Positions 1 through 12,300 of a stretch of 64,000 nucleotides of DNA are shown here, piece by piece (within the stretch, counting starts at the first letter, position 1; every line of letters starts with the position of its first letter). Position numbers and translations under genes: made by a program. The stretch is from Tubulanus polymorphus (Eukaryota > Animalia > Nemertea): contig NC_134025.1 of NCBI RefSeq assembly GCF_964204645.1, positions 22,176,299-22,240,298 of the forward strand. The letters are read 5' to 3'. Under the pieces are notes generated by a model that had not been told where the DNA came from, did not search any database, and saw only the letters and a list, made by a program, of their open reading frames with translations.

Positions 1-364
1 TGATTTAAACACCTTAAACGATGATGTAATGTAGCCCTAATGTGTTTTTGGCAAACTATTCCATAGACGAGGGGCAGAGAAAGAAAATAATCTTATACCA
101 CTAACCTTGGAAATTGCTAAAATGATAATTACATCATTTCCATGCAATTTGCATGGCTATCATATTCTCATAAGAAGCCAGTCGTATTGTGTATTGTCTT
201 AGTTTAGGGAGGAGGACACTAATAATTGGTTTGACAGTGACAATCTAGTTGGCTGTGTTGGCTAAATTTTCAGCAAAGTCTTGAATTACATCTGCTTTAA
301 ATTCCAACAGTGAGAATGGAATAAATCTCATGTTTTAATCAGAAGTTTCTCTCATTTTATATAG

Positions 365-3300
365 GAATGTAGCTGAAGCGTTAATCAGTAAAGGCCTGGC
401 ATCGGTTATCAGATATAGACAGGGAGATGATTCACGATCATCGTCTTACGACAGCTTACTGGCAGCAGAAGAGAAAGCTAAGAAGTATCTCGTTGGCATT
501 CACAGCAAGAAAGAGCCTCCGATTCACAGGGTTGCTGATATTTCAGGCGTAAGTCCTCAACAACTTGGGTTTTTATGTATATTGTCGATGTTTATGTGAT
601 TTTCTGCACAATAGTGGGATCATGTAATCCTAATCAGGGATTTGATCAGTCTGGGCAGGGATTCTAACCTGATGGTATCAATACTCCGCCACTCTAGACC
701 CAGTGCGTATGTACATTCACAGGTTGCCTGTTGTATAATCACTGAAGCAAATTTCACCGATGAATTATAAAAGGAAAAACCTGCGTTAGAATAAAATGTG
801 ATTTCTGATTCGCTTATAATGACATCACATAGCTGCGCACTTGGGCTAGTCAGGGAGGGTTTCATACCATGGCGAGTCTTGATGCCATCAGGTTTGAATC
901 TCTGGCGGGGGAGAATGTCAGTGGCTGTACCCCTGAATGAATATTTCACCCTAGATTGAATGTGTGTTCATCGAATTAATATGCAAATTTCTTTTTCACA
1001 GGATGTAGCTAAGGCTAAACAATTTCTGCCGTTCCTGCAGCGAGCTGGTCGATCTACGGGCATCGTCGAGTTCGTCGCCAGCGGGTCTCGTTTGAGGATC
1101 TTCATCAGCCGTGAAACGTGTCTGATTACATTGCTACTATCGGGTATTAACTGCAGCCGATCTTCGCGACCCGGCGCCGGCGGCGTTACCGTGCCCGGCG
1201 AACCGTTCGGCGAGGAAGCTATGCTGTTTACGAAAGAGCAGTGCTTACAAAGAGAGGTTAGTCTTCTGGGGCCGGTTCCACAGTCAAGACTTAAGACCAA
1301 AAGTGGTCTTAAACCTTAAGACTGGTCTTAAGTTGTTAGATTGGCTATAGAACTAAGTTTGTCTTAGACCGGTCTTAAGTCTAAGCCCTGTCTATGGAAC
1401 CGGCCCCTGGTTTGTGTTGTTCGTGGTATCGTAGTCTTAGCGAATAGCGATTATGATTAGTGTCGTTCAAATAAAAAGGTAACGGCTATCTTCTTTTAAG
1501 TTAACTCATTCGAAATAAACTAATTTTAACTCAGAGTTAACTCTAAACCCACAACTGTGAAACTGGATCTGACATGTGCTGATAATACCTGACTTATGGC
1601 TGTATGGTCAGTCTATAGATAATCAGCAATATAGACTGTTACCTAACTGACTCCTATATTATTTCGGTTCCTGTATCGAATGACTAGTCAAAGTTACAAA
1701 TAAAAAACACAATAAATGATAATTCTAATCCCTTTAATTCACAGGTTGAGGTTGAAATAGAAGACATGGATAAGGGCGGAAACTTCATCGGTTGGTTGTA
1801 CGTCGACAACTTGAATCTGTCTGTGGCTTTAGTGGAAGAAGGTCTCGCCTCAGTTCATTTCACAGCTGAACGTTCGTCGAATTACAAGCCTTTGAAAGTC
1901 GCCGAGGATAACGCTAAGAAAAGAAAATCTAATGTAAGTCGTATATTTGTCGAATTGATACTGTTTACCCCATTATTGTAGCTGGGTAGTAATTCAGTCA
2001 TTAGTCTTTCCAATCTTGAGGGCTGCAGAGATCCTTGTTTGATATTTCTCCATAGACCTCTCTCTCTCTCTCTCAGCGTTGACGACCCAGCATTACTACT
2101 TACCAGGTATTACTGGTATTATCTAACAATGGCATATTTTCTCGTGTCCTCAAGGATCCTATTATTGCCTATAGTTAAGCAAGTATGGCTTGAAGGATAC
2201 TAGTATTTTAAAAATAGTCATAGAGTACTTATGAATATGAATAGATTATGATCATAAGTCCTGAGTGATTAACAGTCGATGATAATGTTTTTCGTTTAGC
2301 TCTGGGCTACTTACGAAGAACCCAAAGAAGAAGTTGTGAAAGAAGAACCTGGTGAGAGGAAAGTGAACTACAAACCAGTCGTCATAACCGAAGTCACAGA
2401 CACTGGTCATTTCTACATTCAACACGTTGACAATGGTAAGGATTCTCTAAGATTTAACATTGAAAAGTTATCAACTTCATTTGTTTTCTGTACTTTTCCT
2501 TTCATTAACCGTTGTATTCATGAATGACATGACGTTTTAGGTCCAGCCTTGGAAGAAATGATGGAAAAACTTCGATCGGACTTGGAGGTCAACCCACCTT
2601 TGGCCGGTGCGTATACGCCAAAGAAAGGAGATATTTGCGCGTCGAAGTTCATGGATGGTTTGTGGTACAGAGCTCGCATTGAGAAGGTCACTACGAATAC
2701 AGTACACGTATTGTATATCGATTACGGAAATGTAAGTTCAGTTCCGGTCATCGTCATCAGCAAGTAATCGGAATTTTTTGTGAAAACGTGGACCATCGTG
2801 TCATCGATAGCGTATTAGATGTTTCATGTGTCTCTGTTCTACAGCGAGAGGTTACCAACAGCTCCCAATTGGCAAATCTACCTCCAAGTTTCAAGTCATT
2901 GCCCGCTCAAGCCCAGGAATGTGCGCTGGCTTGCGTTCAACTACCACCCGATGTAAGTTCATGTGTGATTCGTTCGTTTGATTCCTTGATGCCATGATGA
3001 TAAGCTGCTCTAGTTGACCTGGCATATAGCTACGTATTTATTACTATCAGCGAGTCAGAAATTGCGTCTCTTATAGCGTGTGTTGTGAATATACATCAGG
3101 AAATCTGGAGCCAGTTGCTCAAAAGTTGGCTCAAGTTAACCAGTGGATAGTTGACATACAAACAATTAAAAGTTCATTGTTACTATGGTATTTATCCACC
3201 GGTTATCTTAACCAACCTTTGAGCAACTGGCCCCTGATCGGTAGCACTGCATGGCAGGTTAACTAGGGTTTATGTCATAACATTCAAATCAGCCGACTGA

Positions 3301-4323
3301 GGAAGTATGCATGCAAATAGTCATTGGAATAGTTATTTGTGATTTAACAAATCACATTTGATTTTCTAGGAGGAGGCAATGAAAGATGGAGTCGATGCCA
3401 TACAGCACGACATCATCAACAAACAACTGATGATGAACGTCGAATACAAGGTCGGAAATCTGGAGCACGTATCGCTGGTTACCACCGACAGTAAGGAAGA
3501 CATCGGACAGGCGTTGATCGCCGATGGAATTCTTCTCGTCGAAAACCGACGCGAAAAACGCCTCGCTAAGATGGTGTCCGAATACACGAAAGCTCAGGAG
3601 AAAGCAAAATCCGCTCGGGTAAGATTAATTTCCCGCTCCAATGGGGTAGTGGCAAGCGAGGATTTGCTAGTGGTTCCTGGGTTACCGTGCTCCGATTCTT
3701 TCTCAATTTCAAATACTGGTATATTCCCAGTTGTCTCATTCGTAAATCAATTTTTAGTGAAATCAATATCATACACCGAGTAAGAGAGGAAGCTAATCTT
3801 ATCTTATCCGATGAATGGTTTGATAATTTTTGGATTCGAAAGCCTAGAAATCAAGTACAGATTTTATTGAAAATGAATTGATTTTCACTATGAATGACCC
3901 GGTGTTTGGTGCCAGGGGGGCCACTGACCTGGAGAACGCGGGGAAACATAGATATCTTCAGGGAAAACTCGGGAAATTTGATGAATTTGGCCAAAACAAG
4001 GAATTTGGATGATGCTACTGATTACATGTTTCCCTCTGAGTAAGTTATTCAATGAAAAATGAATGAATTCTAATATTATGAACCTAGAAATTTCTCTGAT
4101 TCACTCGTTTTGTGTATTTGCGTAATCGCATGGAAAAATCAGAGAAAACTCAGTCGATTTGTTAATGGGCGGAAACACCCTGCGTGCAGAAAGTGTAAAC
4201 TTCTCTTTTAGTTCTCTACAGTTCGTTAATCGATTTTCTTGGTACGTTTTTTTTTTTCAGATGAACCTTTGGCGTTACGGCGACTTCCGCGAAGACGAAG
4301 CTCGCGAATTCGGTTTCAAGTAA
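365..4323 (+). CDS. SND1: Staphylococcal nuclease domain-containing protein 1 (Tudor-SN), 3' portion; 5' exons lie upstream of the window. Exons: 365-548, 1002-1256, 1745-1933, 2300-2435, 2541-2731, 2845-2952, 3370-3618, 4261-4323
   Basis: The spliced translation contains [78 protein letters not shown], the Tudor motif [28 protein letters not shown] and C-terminal [19 protein letters not shown]. All introns are GT-AG with consistent phase. AATAAA at ~5766. Confidence 0.97.
660..900. repeat. Inverted repeat pair in an SND1 intron (probable DNA transposon remnant)
   Basis: gattctaacctgatggtatcaatactccgcca (660-691) is the near reverse complement of tggcgagtcttgatgccatcaggtttgaatc (870-900). 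Confidence 0.6.
1269..1406. mobile_element. Harbinger/PIF-type MITE (family A)
   Basis: TIRs GGGCCGGTTCCA...TGGAACCGGCCC flanked by CTG/CTG 3-bp TSD. An inverted second copy lies at 11568-11701. Confidence 0.8.
3108..3233. mobile_element. Harbinger/PIF-type MITE (family B)
   Basis: TIRs GCCAGTTGCTCAAA...TTTGAGCAACTGGC with CTG TSD. A second copy lies at 20290-20407. Confidence 0.8.
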
Positions 4324-5232
4324 TCGTAAAACCGTCCGTCGGCCTCTCGTAGTGCGACTACGCGGCGTCACGGTAAAAAAAATGCAGCAATGGCAATGCT
4401 AACACAAGATAAAGTTAGGAATATTTAATCAAATTTGCAGTGAAAACACAAGTCAAAGTTAGGAATATTTTGAATTATATTACATTGATTTGAAATATAT
4501 TGATAATATATATATATATATACTTCTATATATACATACATATATATATTTTTGGGGTTTTTGCTGCTGAGTAAGTCGCGGCTGATCGAAACGATAGTTG
4601 GCGTTCGGTGACGGCTTATTCGGCAGCGTTCAGGAATATGGGTTTCGATTTATGGAAAAACTTCCAATGTGTTATCAAACAATGCGTGGGTGCACAATTA
4701 CTGTCATTATTCAGTTCCCGTATCTGCATGGATCATAACATTATTAACTTATTCTTTCAACGGTGCTATTTCCCCTTAATGCTTAGCGCGAATATTTCTA
4801 CACGTTTACTTCAACTTCTTCACCATTCCTATGTTTTTCTACGTGTCTATTTATTATTATTATGATGAGGCTAGTATTGATATTGAAGGTCATAATTTTG
4901 TTCTGTATGCATTTAATGAAGTTATTATACGTTGATATTTTTGAAATGTTGATAGCTTGTACAGAGCATACACCGATAAGTATTTTCAAAACCGTTATCT
5001 TATTATTGTAACTGATCAATTCTTTAAGAACTACTTAACACATTTTGCACCATCAATTGACGGCCATTTTTATTCCACAAATCTATTTGAAGATGAACAC
5101 TTGTGTCAATCGCTGTACAGGAATGGATCCAGGCTGGCAGACTTAATGGTACTTACACTGGGGTGGATCAAAGGGTCATGAAAATTGGAGTAAATCAAAA
5201 TCTTTGTTGCATTACTGAAAGTCAGATGTTCT

Positions 5233-5325
5233 GGGTTCGGTTCCACAGTTATGAGTTAAAATCAGTTCGTTTTCGATGTTTTAACACTGGAGTCAAATTT
5301 AACTCACAACTGTGGAACTGGACCC
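5233..5325. mobile_element. Harbinger-like MITE (family C); related copies at ~1490-1571, 19175-19286 and 57919-58034
   Basis: TIRs GGGTTCGGTTCCACAGTTATGAGTTAAA / TTTAACTCACAACTGTGGAACTGGACCC. Confidence 0.7.
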
Positions 5326-6526
5326 TCGGTATTACTGTAAAATGCTTGCACTTGTCAACCTTCTGAATGGTTAAGTTTCATAATCGGAATATTTAAGGGC
5401 TACAGAGCCTTGAAACCTAGCAGCATGTTGCTCCTGTGCTTTCACAAACTACAGTTGGTATACGCCCATCCAATCATAAAAGCTAATGCTTACCACTGAA
5501 GATTAATTTACTTACTAGCTTAGCAATAGCTACCGAGGTTACTGTGAATGAAAAAAAAGGAATTAGGTTGTAAATCTGTCCCTGGATTCATTCCTTCTAG
5601 GAAAATGTATGCCTTTTGGGACTTTCATTTACCTTATTGATTGCCAGTTTGATTTACTGAATCATTATTCATTATTATGATTAGGTATTATGTGTTTATT
5701 GAGTTCTTTATAAAAGAAAATGTTTTAAATTTTATTTAGAGATTGATGTGAACGATTCTGTCTTTAATAAAAGTTTTATATCCACTCACTTAATTGGAAC
5801 TGATAATGATGGTTAAAAAAAGAGATTACAATAAAATCGACATGCATGGGAGATAAATTAGTTTGTGTTAACTTATTATAGTTTCTGTAATTAGTCTTGT
5901 GTGACGTGACTTATAGTCACGTATCAATCGTCAGGCTTATTGAATTAAACCCGACTTTCAACACATCATCAGCGTTCTTTAACTGATACCGAGTCATTTT
6001 CGATGTTAGCTCTATTTGAATGAGCCATCACTGATCTCTGGGATATTAGGGTGTGGAGCTCTAGAAAGGTTTTGGCTAGTTGTATGATTGAAGGTTTCCA
6101 TCTTCCAGTCATCTGCGAACCAGCTTTCTTCCAATATCCCCACGTGGAAAGAGACTAATTTGACTAAAAATTGTAATAAGTGGACTTGTAAAATTCCATG
6201 ATCCATGTAGTGACCCGCAAGCAAGGATGCCATTAATTAGGCATCCAGGCAAGATCCAGTTGTTCCCAACAAACATTACTTAGGGAAATGATCCATCAAA
6301 TCAAAACTAACTTGATACAACTCGAACGAAGATAATTAACATGAAACCATTTATTAGATACCTAGGTATTTACACGTATCGGTAGGAATATATTTTCATA
6401 TAAAATTATTCGTTAAATAAAATATCAAGTAATAAATAATATAACAACCAAATACAACCATTATTCGATAAGTTCACGTGTATCACGGATCAACCCAATT
6501 CAACCGTATGAAAAGTTGGAGCAATT

Positions 6527-6715
6527 ATGAATTTACAATGGAAAGCTGGACTAACGTTTGAATGCAGCAACGTGTGTCACACGACCGAATCAGTTGAATG
6601 CCAAATCATGAAAGCCTGTTTAGCATGGGAGGGCCGTTTAGCACAAACAGGTTGGCTTAGAAGCAAGCTTTTGAGAATTTGGCCACAGAACAATGCCAAC
6701 TATGGGGTGGTATAA
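6527..6715 (+). pseudogene. Possible degenerate RTE-clade LINE ORF C-terminal fragment
   Basis: TESVECQIMKACLAWEGRLAQ loosely resembles the RTE motif SIE.....LRWxGHVxR; the match is weak. Confidence 0.25.
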
Positions 6716-7381
6716 ATTTTGGATGTTAGACCGAGGGATAAATTTGTAACTAACACGAGTTCGAATGAACTTGCACATTGCATCATTCGAAACCAGCAAC
6801 TTTCTGATATACCCATGCGATCTAATGACCTACCGGGTAACACCCCCCTTTAGACATATACGAGCTACCGACTTAACACCCCTAAAGGTCATGGAATGAT
6901 CACTTTCTTTTGTATGCTAAGGGACCTCGTTTTAAAACGAACATCAGGGTACCAGAAAATTTGTTACAACAAATACCCTGCCCAGATTCCTCCAAATTAG
7001 ATAAAATCCAAATTATGAATAAAAGCAAAAATTAATCGTATTTTTGATAAAAGCTAACATGGTTCTAGGTTAAATGGACCAAATATTTCATCCAAATCAA
7101 GTGAAAATCCAGATTGAAAAATCCGAATTAAGCGAGTTCTGCTGTAATATCCCATAAATCGGAGTTCGTTTTTAATGAGGTTTCTTTTGTTTTCACCTAA
7201 CGCAGATTAGATGTGCATGCTAACTACCGGTATATGAACATTTGGCAGGCATATGCGTATTTGCATCCACCTGAATAATATGTATTTTGATTATACAAAC
7301 ACATAGAGGCCAAAACAGAAATACATACCAAGAGACCAGTTTCATGAACTCAAAACACTTTTAATTCAAAACAATCTTAAA

Positions 7382-7694
7382 CAGGGTTCCTACAGGACCA
7401 CCATTTTCAAATTTGAGGGGTATTTAAGGTGCTTTGAGAGTATAATCACCGATATTCAAGGGGTGTTTTAAGATCTACTATGAACTTCAAGTTACTGTTT
7501 CCAAACTGCTCCAAACTTGTTTGAAATGAATTGTTCTTAAGAAATATGCGATTAAAATTTTTTTTTTTAAGGCACATTTTTAGAATTTGAGGGGCCAAGG
7601 GCTAAAACTCCCAGAATTCGAGGGTTTTTGTACCCTCAAAATTGAATTATGGAATTAGAGGGTTTTTGGACGTACATGTACTGAAGGAACCCTG
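7382..7694. mobile_element. hAT-like MITE
   Basis: TIRs CAGGGTTCCT...AGGAACCCTG and internal repeated aattYgagggg motifs; the TSD is not clean. Confidence 0.65.
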
Positions 7695-9310
7695 TTAAAA
7701 ACATTGCCATTAAATATCGAATTTCCATTGTCTAACACAAATTATCGTCTAACTTGCTGAGGAGCGCTGGTCCCACTTTAATGTCTTTTCTGTACGAAAT
7801 CGAATTGTCGAAGTCAGTTGCTATGAAACTGGCCCCATATATTGCATACCAATACCAAAATCCTAGCATTAAGTTAAAACATCGATTCCACCTATTACAT
7901 GATTTATCTAGATAACAATAATGACTAGTTTAAATTCTTATTCTATTGAAACAATCAGCAAATGACATGCAAATGATATACATGTACTGGTATCATAACA
8001 ATTTTTCTTTGATAAGATTCTCAAATTCTTGACACAGAGATTCAATTTCCACGATAAAAGAAACGCAATGATCCTCGAATAATATATTGAGCTCGAAGGC
8101 ACTCTTGGATAAATATTCCATCCGTCGAAGATATAGTGGTTTAAAAACGTGTTTCTAGTCTTGTTCAAACCCCCCGAGCCAGGTGGGTATGACATCCTGT
8201 GGACATCCACAATATCACAATATCATAACTCGCGCATCCACAGATTACTGTACTTTCTAACAGAGAGAAACACCATGCCCATCTGGTGAAATCCTTGACA
8301 ATCTGGCTACAGTAATCGATGACCTTGAAACCCACTATGATCATAAAGCATGTCATGAGCAAAAAATTTGCAATTGATTGCGGTTTACAAAATATGCATA
8401 CCGTGTATGTACCGTACATACCAATATAGACTAACTGTATATATTTCAATACATATTTCAATACTTAACGGCGCGGTTGGAAAAAATAAAAACCTAAACT
8501 GGCCAATCCCAATTCCATGTGCTAACAATTTATTAAATATCAAGGTTTTTAGTGTTTCAATGAGAAAGGTCATCTTGGGCCCGATCCACCCAATTTTACA
8601 TCAATCATGATGAGATGAAACATTCGCACAGTATACACATCTTTTAGCTACTCGGTAAGTAAAGTGTCTGTGGTTAAATTGAAGTCTCCACGAAAATTAT
8701 TCAGTGAATATCAATACAATACATTTTCAAAAATTTCCAAAATAATTGGATACCACGGAGACGGACGAAATGTGAATGCAATAGCCCTGCCTCAAGTGGG
8801 CTGAATATCCAATTGGAACAATAAAATAAACCACAACACGGCCTAATTCTGTGTGGTTCAAACTAGTGATCGAAGGGTCATCTTAAAACACAGATGATGG
8901 AATCGATCACTAATCACGATGGTCTAATCTGTAAAATCAGCCTTAAAATAAATATGAGCTTAGACTAAAGACATGGCCTTATTCAGTAGTAGTTTGATTG
9001 ATTAGCATAGGACCCAAAATGATGTGGAGCCAGTTGTTTGAAAGTCAGTGAAGGTTGAATTCATTGCCATCGGCAACAAAGTGCCATTTTAATTGTTACT
9101 GGCAGTTTTTCGATCGCTCTCTTTCCAAGACGGAATGTCCTTCTCGGTGGAAAATTTTTGCCATTACAGAGGAGGAAGAATTGGCAGAGACCTCCAAAAA
9201 GAAAGATAATTCCTCTTCGGACAGAGCGCAATCGAAAATGTTGGTTTTTGTCAGGTTGAGCGCAACTGGCCCCTCCTGAAAATAATTGCAATAACCATTT
9301 TGATCGAGGC

Positions 9311-12300
9311 CTAATTCAGCATCGTATGTTGGTCGTAAATATGACGTCTTTGTTCCTGTACGACGCCCTTCCATTTTTCTTGCGTATCCTTCACGCGATT
9401 TACTAGACTACTAGCGCGTACACGGCCACCGGGTGGCGCATTAGCACTGCTGGTTGTAACAGTTTGATCGTCCTGCAATGAATGAATAATAAGAATCCAT
9501 GATTCATGAACGTGCAAGTAGAACAATAGAATCATTTACCATAAACCCTGTTACAGGAGAGGAAGCCTATTTTCCCGTGATTGATGTTCCAAGCTTTTTT
9601 CGTGACTTGTCGTAGATGCATAAAACATTTCTTGGGCCGAAATTCAATCTTTTCTCGGATATTCGCCAGGAAAAGGGACCATCGATTCTCATTAGAGAAA
9701 ACATTTATTTCTGTAATTGTTGAATTTTCTCCGATGGACGATTATGATAACAATAATATACATCTTGTTAAATGTTAAGTTGGTTCATGTTATAACAAAA
9801 ATCACATGCTTTTGAATGCAAATATAGTATAAATATAGTAGTATACACAGTTGCCCGGCAGTTTAAAGGGTTATAGAAAGCAATAAGAAAGTTTATTCAC
9901 CAGGATAGAAAATATCCAGGTTTTAAGTTACGAAAAAGGACTACAGTAAAGTGGGACCAAATCGGATCTGGGCCAATTTGACCCCAGGGCAAATGTTCTC
10001 CATTCGATCATGGCTTGTATCATATGAATACATTATTAACGACTGTAGTTCCCGATTATTGAGTGGGCTTGAAAGAAATTTGTTCCACCCGATGCAATGG
10101 TACTAACTACTAAGTACGTTCGCATGTATACAGACATAAATTTATTGAAACATCTGTCGGTGACAGCAATTACCCAAACGTCAACGAATACCGAGACTCA
10201 GATACAACAAACAATCAAACGGTAATAGGTTTTACGTGTTACGCGCGCGCGGCATAAAAATCAATACCAATCACTAGAACTGATCGAGTACTCATGAATA
10301 TTGTAATCGACGTCTCTCCTATCCTAATAGCGTCGGTGTAGTAGTCGATTCGAAGCCTTTTGGGAAACATCTCTACAGAAATCTTATCATTTCGTCAATT
10401 TCAACCCTCTCCCTGTTCACGGATGTTGATTAAACATTATGGACATACAGGGAAATGCAAAAATTCGTATCTCATGGGGAATTGCCTCTTAAAAGAAATT
10501 AGACAATTTTACTGACAGATTGACTGATTCACATTAGATTATTTAAATGGCTGGGATAATGATACCGAAAAAAGTGCTCTGAGCAGCTTCACTGGATCCA
10601 GTGCTATATGAGACACATATTATCATTCTTATTAAATTAGTTTGTTACTTATCATATACTTTAATGTTATAAAAATCCAAGCGCTTAATTATTTCTTAGT
10701 ACTTGTTGTGCTATATGGTGTAGTAGACTGAAAATATACTGTGAACCTGGCTCAACTCCGAATTTGGACCACAAAATAGGCCTTTCGTTATGATGACTAA
10801 TTGTGAGTAGGAATTCAGGCATCAGTCCAGCGTAGTAGACCGAAATGAAATTAGGCACGGCAAATAATTCTGGACGTTGATACTCGACATAGTAGGCCTG
10901 CCCTCCCCTGTCAAATCATCTCAATGATCATCTCTTAGAGGTCTGAGTTTAGCAAGGTTCATAATAGTAGTGTTGGTTGAATATACTGAATCAACCAGTC
11001 TAACGTGCAATTCAAAATTCCCTGATTATGCTATGTTAGTAAAATAGTGCGGTTACCATGCAATGTGCTTAATGGCTCAAATAGCTTAAATACGGTGCGA
11101 GAAGTTTATCTAATAAAGTATCCCTTAATTAGCTAATTAGAATTATAGCAAATGATAGCATATAATATATCTAATTCTTATTCAGCGCTTCATCTAAAGA
11201 GTTGACTGCGGCAGAGGAAGATTTGATACATGTTCGATATACAACGTATTATAGAAACACATATATACGTTTTTTTTTTCGGATTCAATAATGGTACTTA
11301 CTCCTACGGCTTGATAACCACCCTGTTCGAGGCAGAATAGAATTTTAAATTATAGTCAAACATGCCAAATGAAAAATAATAATCGACCTTCGCATTCGGA
11401 TTTGAAAATGCGCGCGCAAACATATATATGAATATAAACGGTATTCTTATTGACCATTCTGGACAAATGGCGGCATCCCTGATCAGATTACCATTATTCT
11501 ACCCGGCAGGAGTTCAAACTTGGCAAGACCAGACCACTGCGAAACAAAACTGATCTTAAACAGGCGAGGGGCTGGCTCAATAGTCAGGGCTCGGACTTAA
11601 GACCAGTCTAAGACCATCTTGGTTCTATGGCCAATCTAACAACTTAAGACGAGTGTTAAAATTTAAGACCACTTTTGGTCATAAGTCACGACTACGGCCC
11701 CGGTTGCATAGCTATTCACGCTACATTATTAGCGAATCAAAAATGCTGTTTCATCATTCATGAATTTTGAGCAGCGTTATCAGAATGTACACGAGAAAAT
11801 GAGATCGGCTCTTGCAAAATGTGTGGCGTTTCCATGCGAATAGCCACACCGCCAAGACCAGTTTTATAATTGAAGTATCAAATTTAACCAAGCAGTCGAC
11901 CATGAATGAAGTTAACCTTTGGTTGAAAAGTTAAAAGTTATCTGATCAAGTACTGATCAACTACAGCAAGGATTCATCATACCGTAATAGTCTTAAGCCA
12001 TCTGGTTTTCGAATCGCCCCCATTGAACAAAGGATGAAAATACTGGTATGACGTTATTATCAAATATGCCAGAGATGCTAACATGTGTTAATATATTACT
12101 GAGATATTACTGTGGCCAATGCCATACCAGTATACAAGGATTTCAAGGATGCAGCCTTTTTTTCCAGGCGGTTCTCTATAAAGTGGTTAGATATTAGTAG
12201 AAAAGCCACGGCTATAATTACCAAATTCACCTCCTCGTTTTGCTGCTCCTGATACGTCTTCGGCCGGCGGTTCATCAACGGATCCAAACAGAGCAGGAAT

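Noticed and set aside
2994-3240. RTGATGA C-box suggesting an intronic C/D snoRNA in SND1
   Set aside because: There is no appropriately spaced D box or terminal stem; the next CTGA falls at a MITE boundary.
4505-4548. (TA)n-rich tract here, and other microsatellites at ~2057, ~22809 and ~53292
   Set aside because: Ordinary simple repeats with no further structure.
6012-6233. ORF containing WFADDWK, resembling a reverse-transcriptase YADD motif
   Set aside because: No other RT motifs occur at the expected spacing, so it cannot be supported as coding.
10268-10372. Possible additional TMEM9 exon after a ttctgtag acceptor on the - strand
   Set aside because: Phase-0 reading reaches a stop after 17 codons, there is no convincing donor and no family similarity. 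It could only be an unproven alternative terminal exon.
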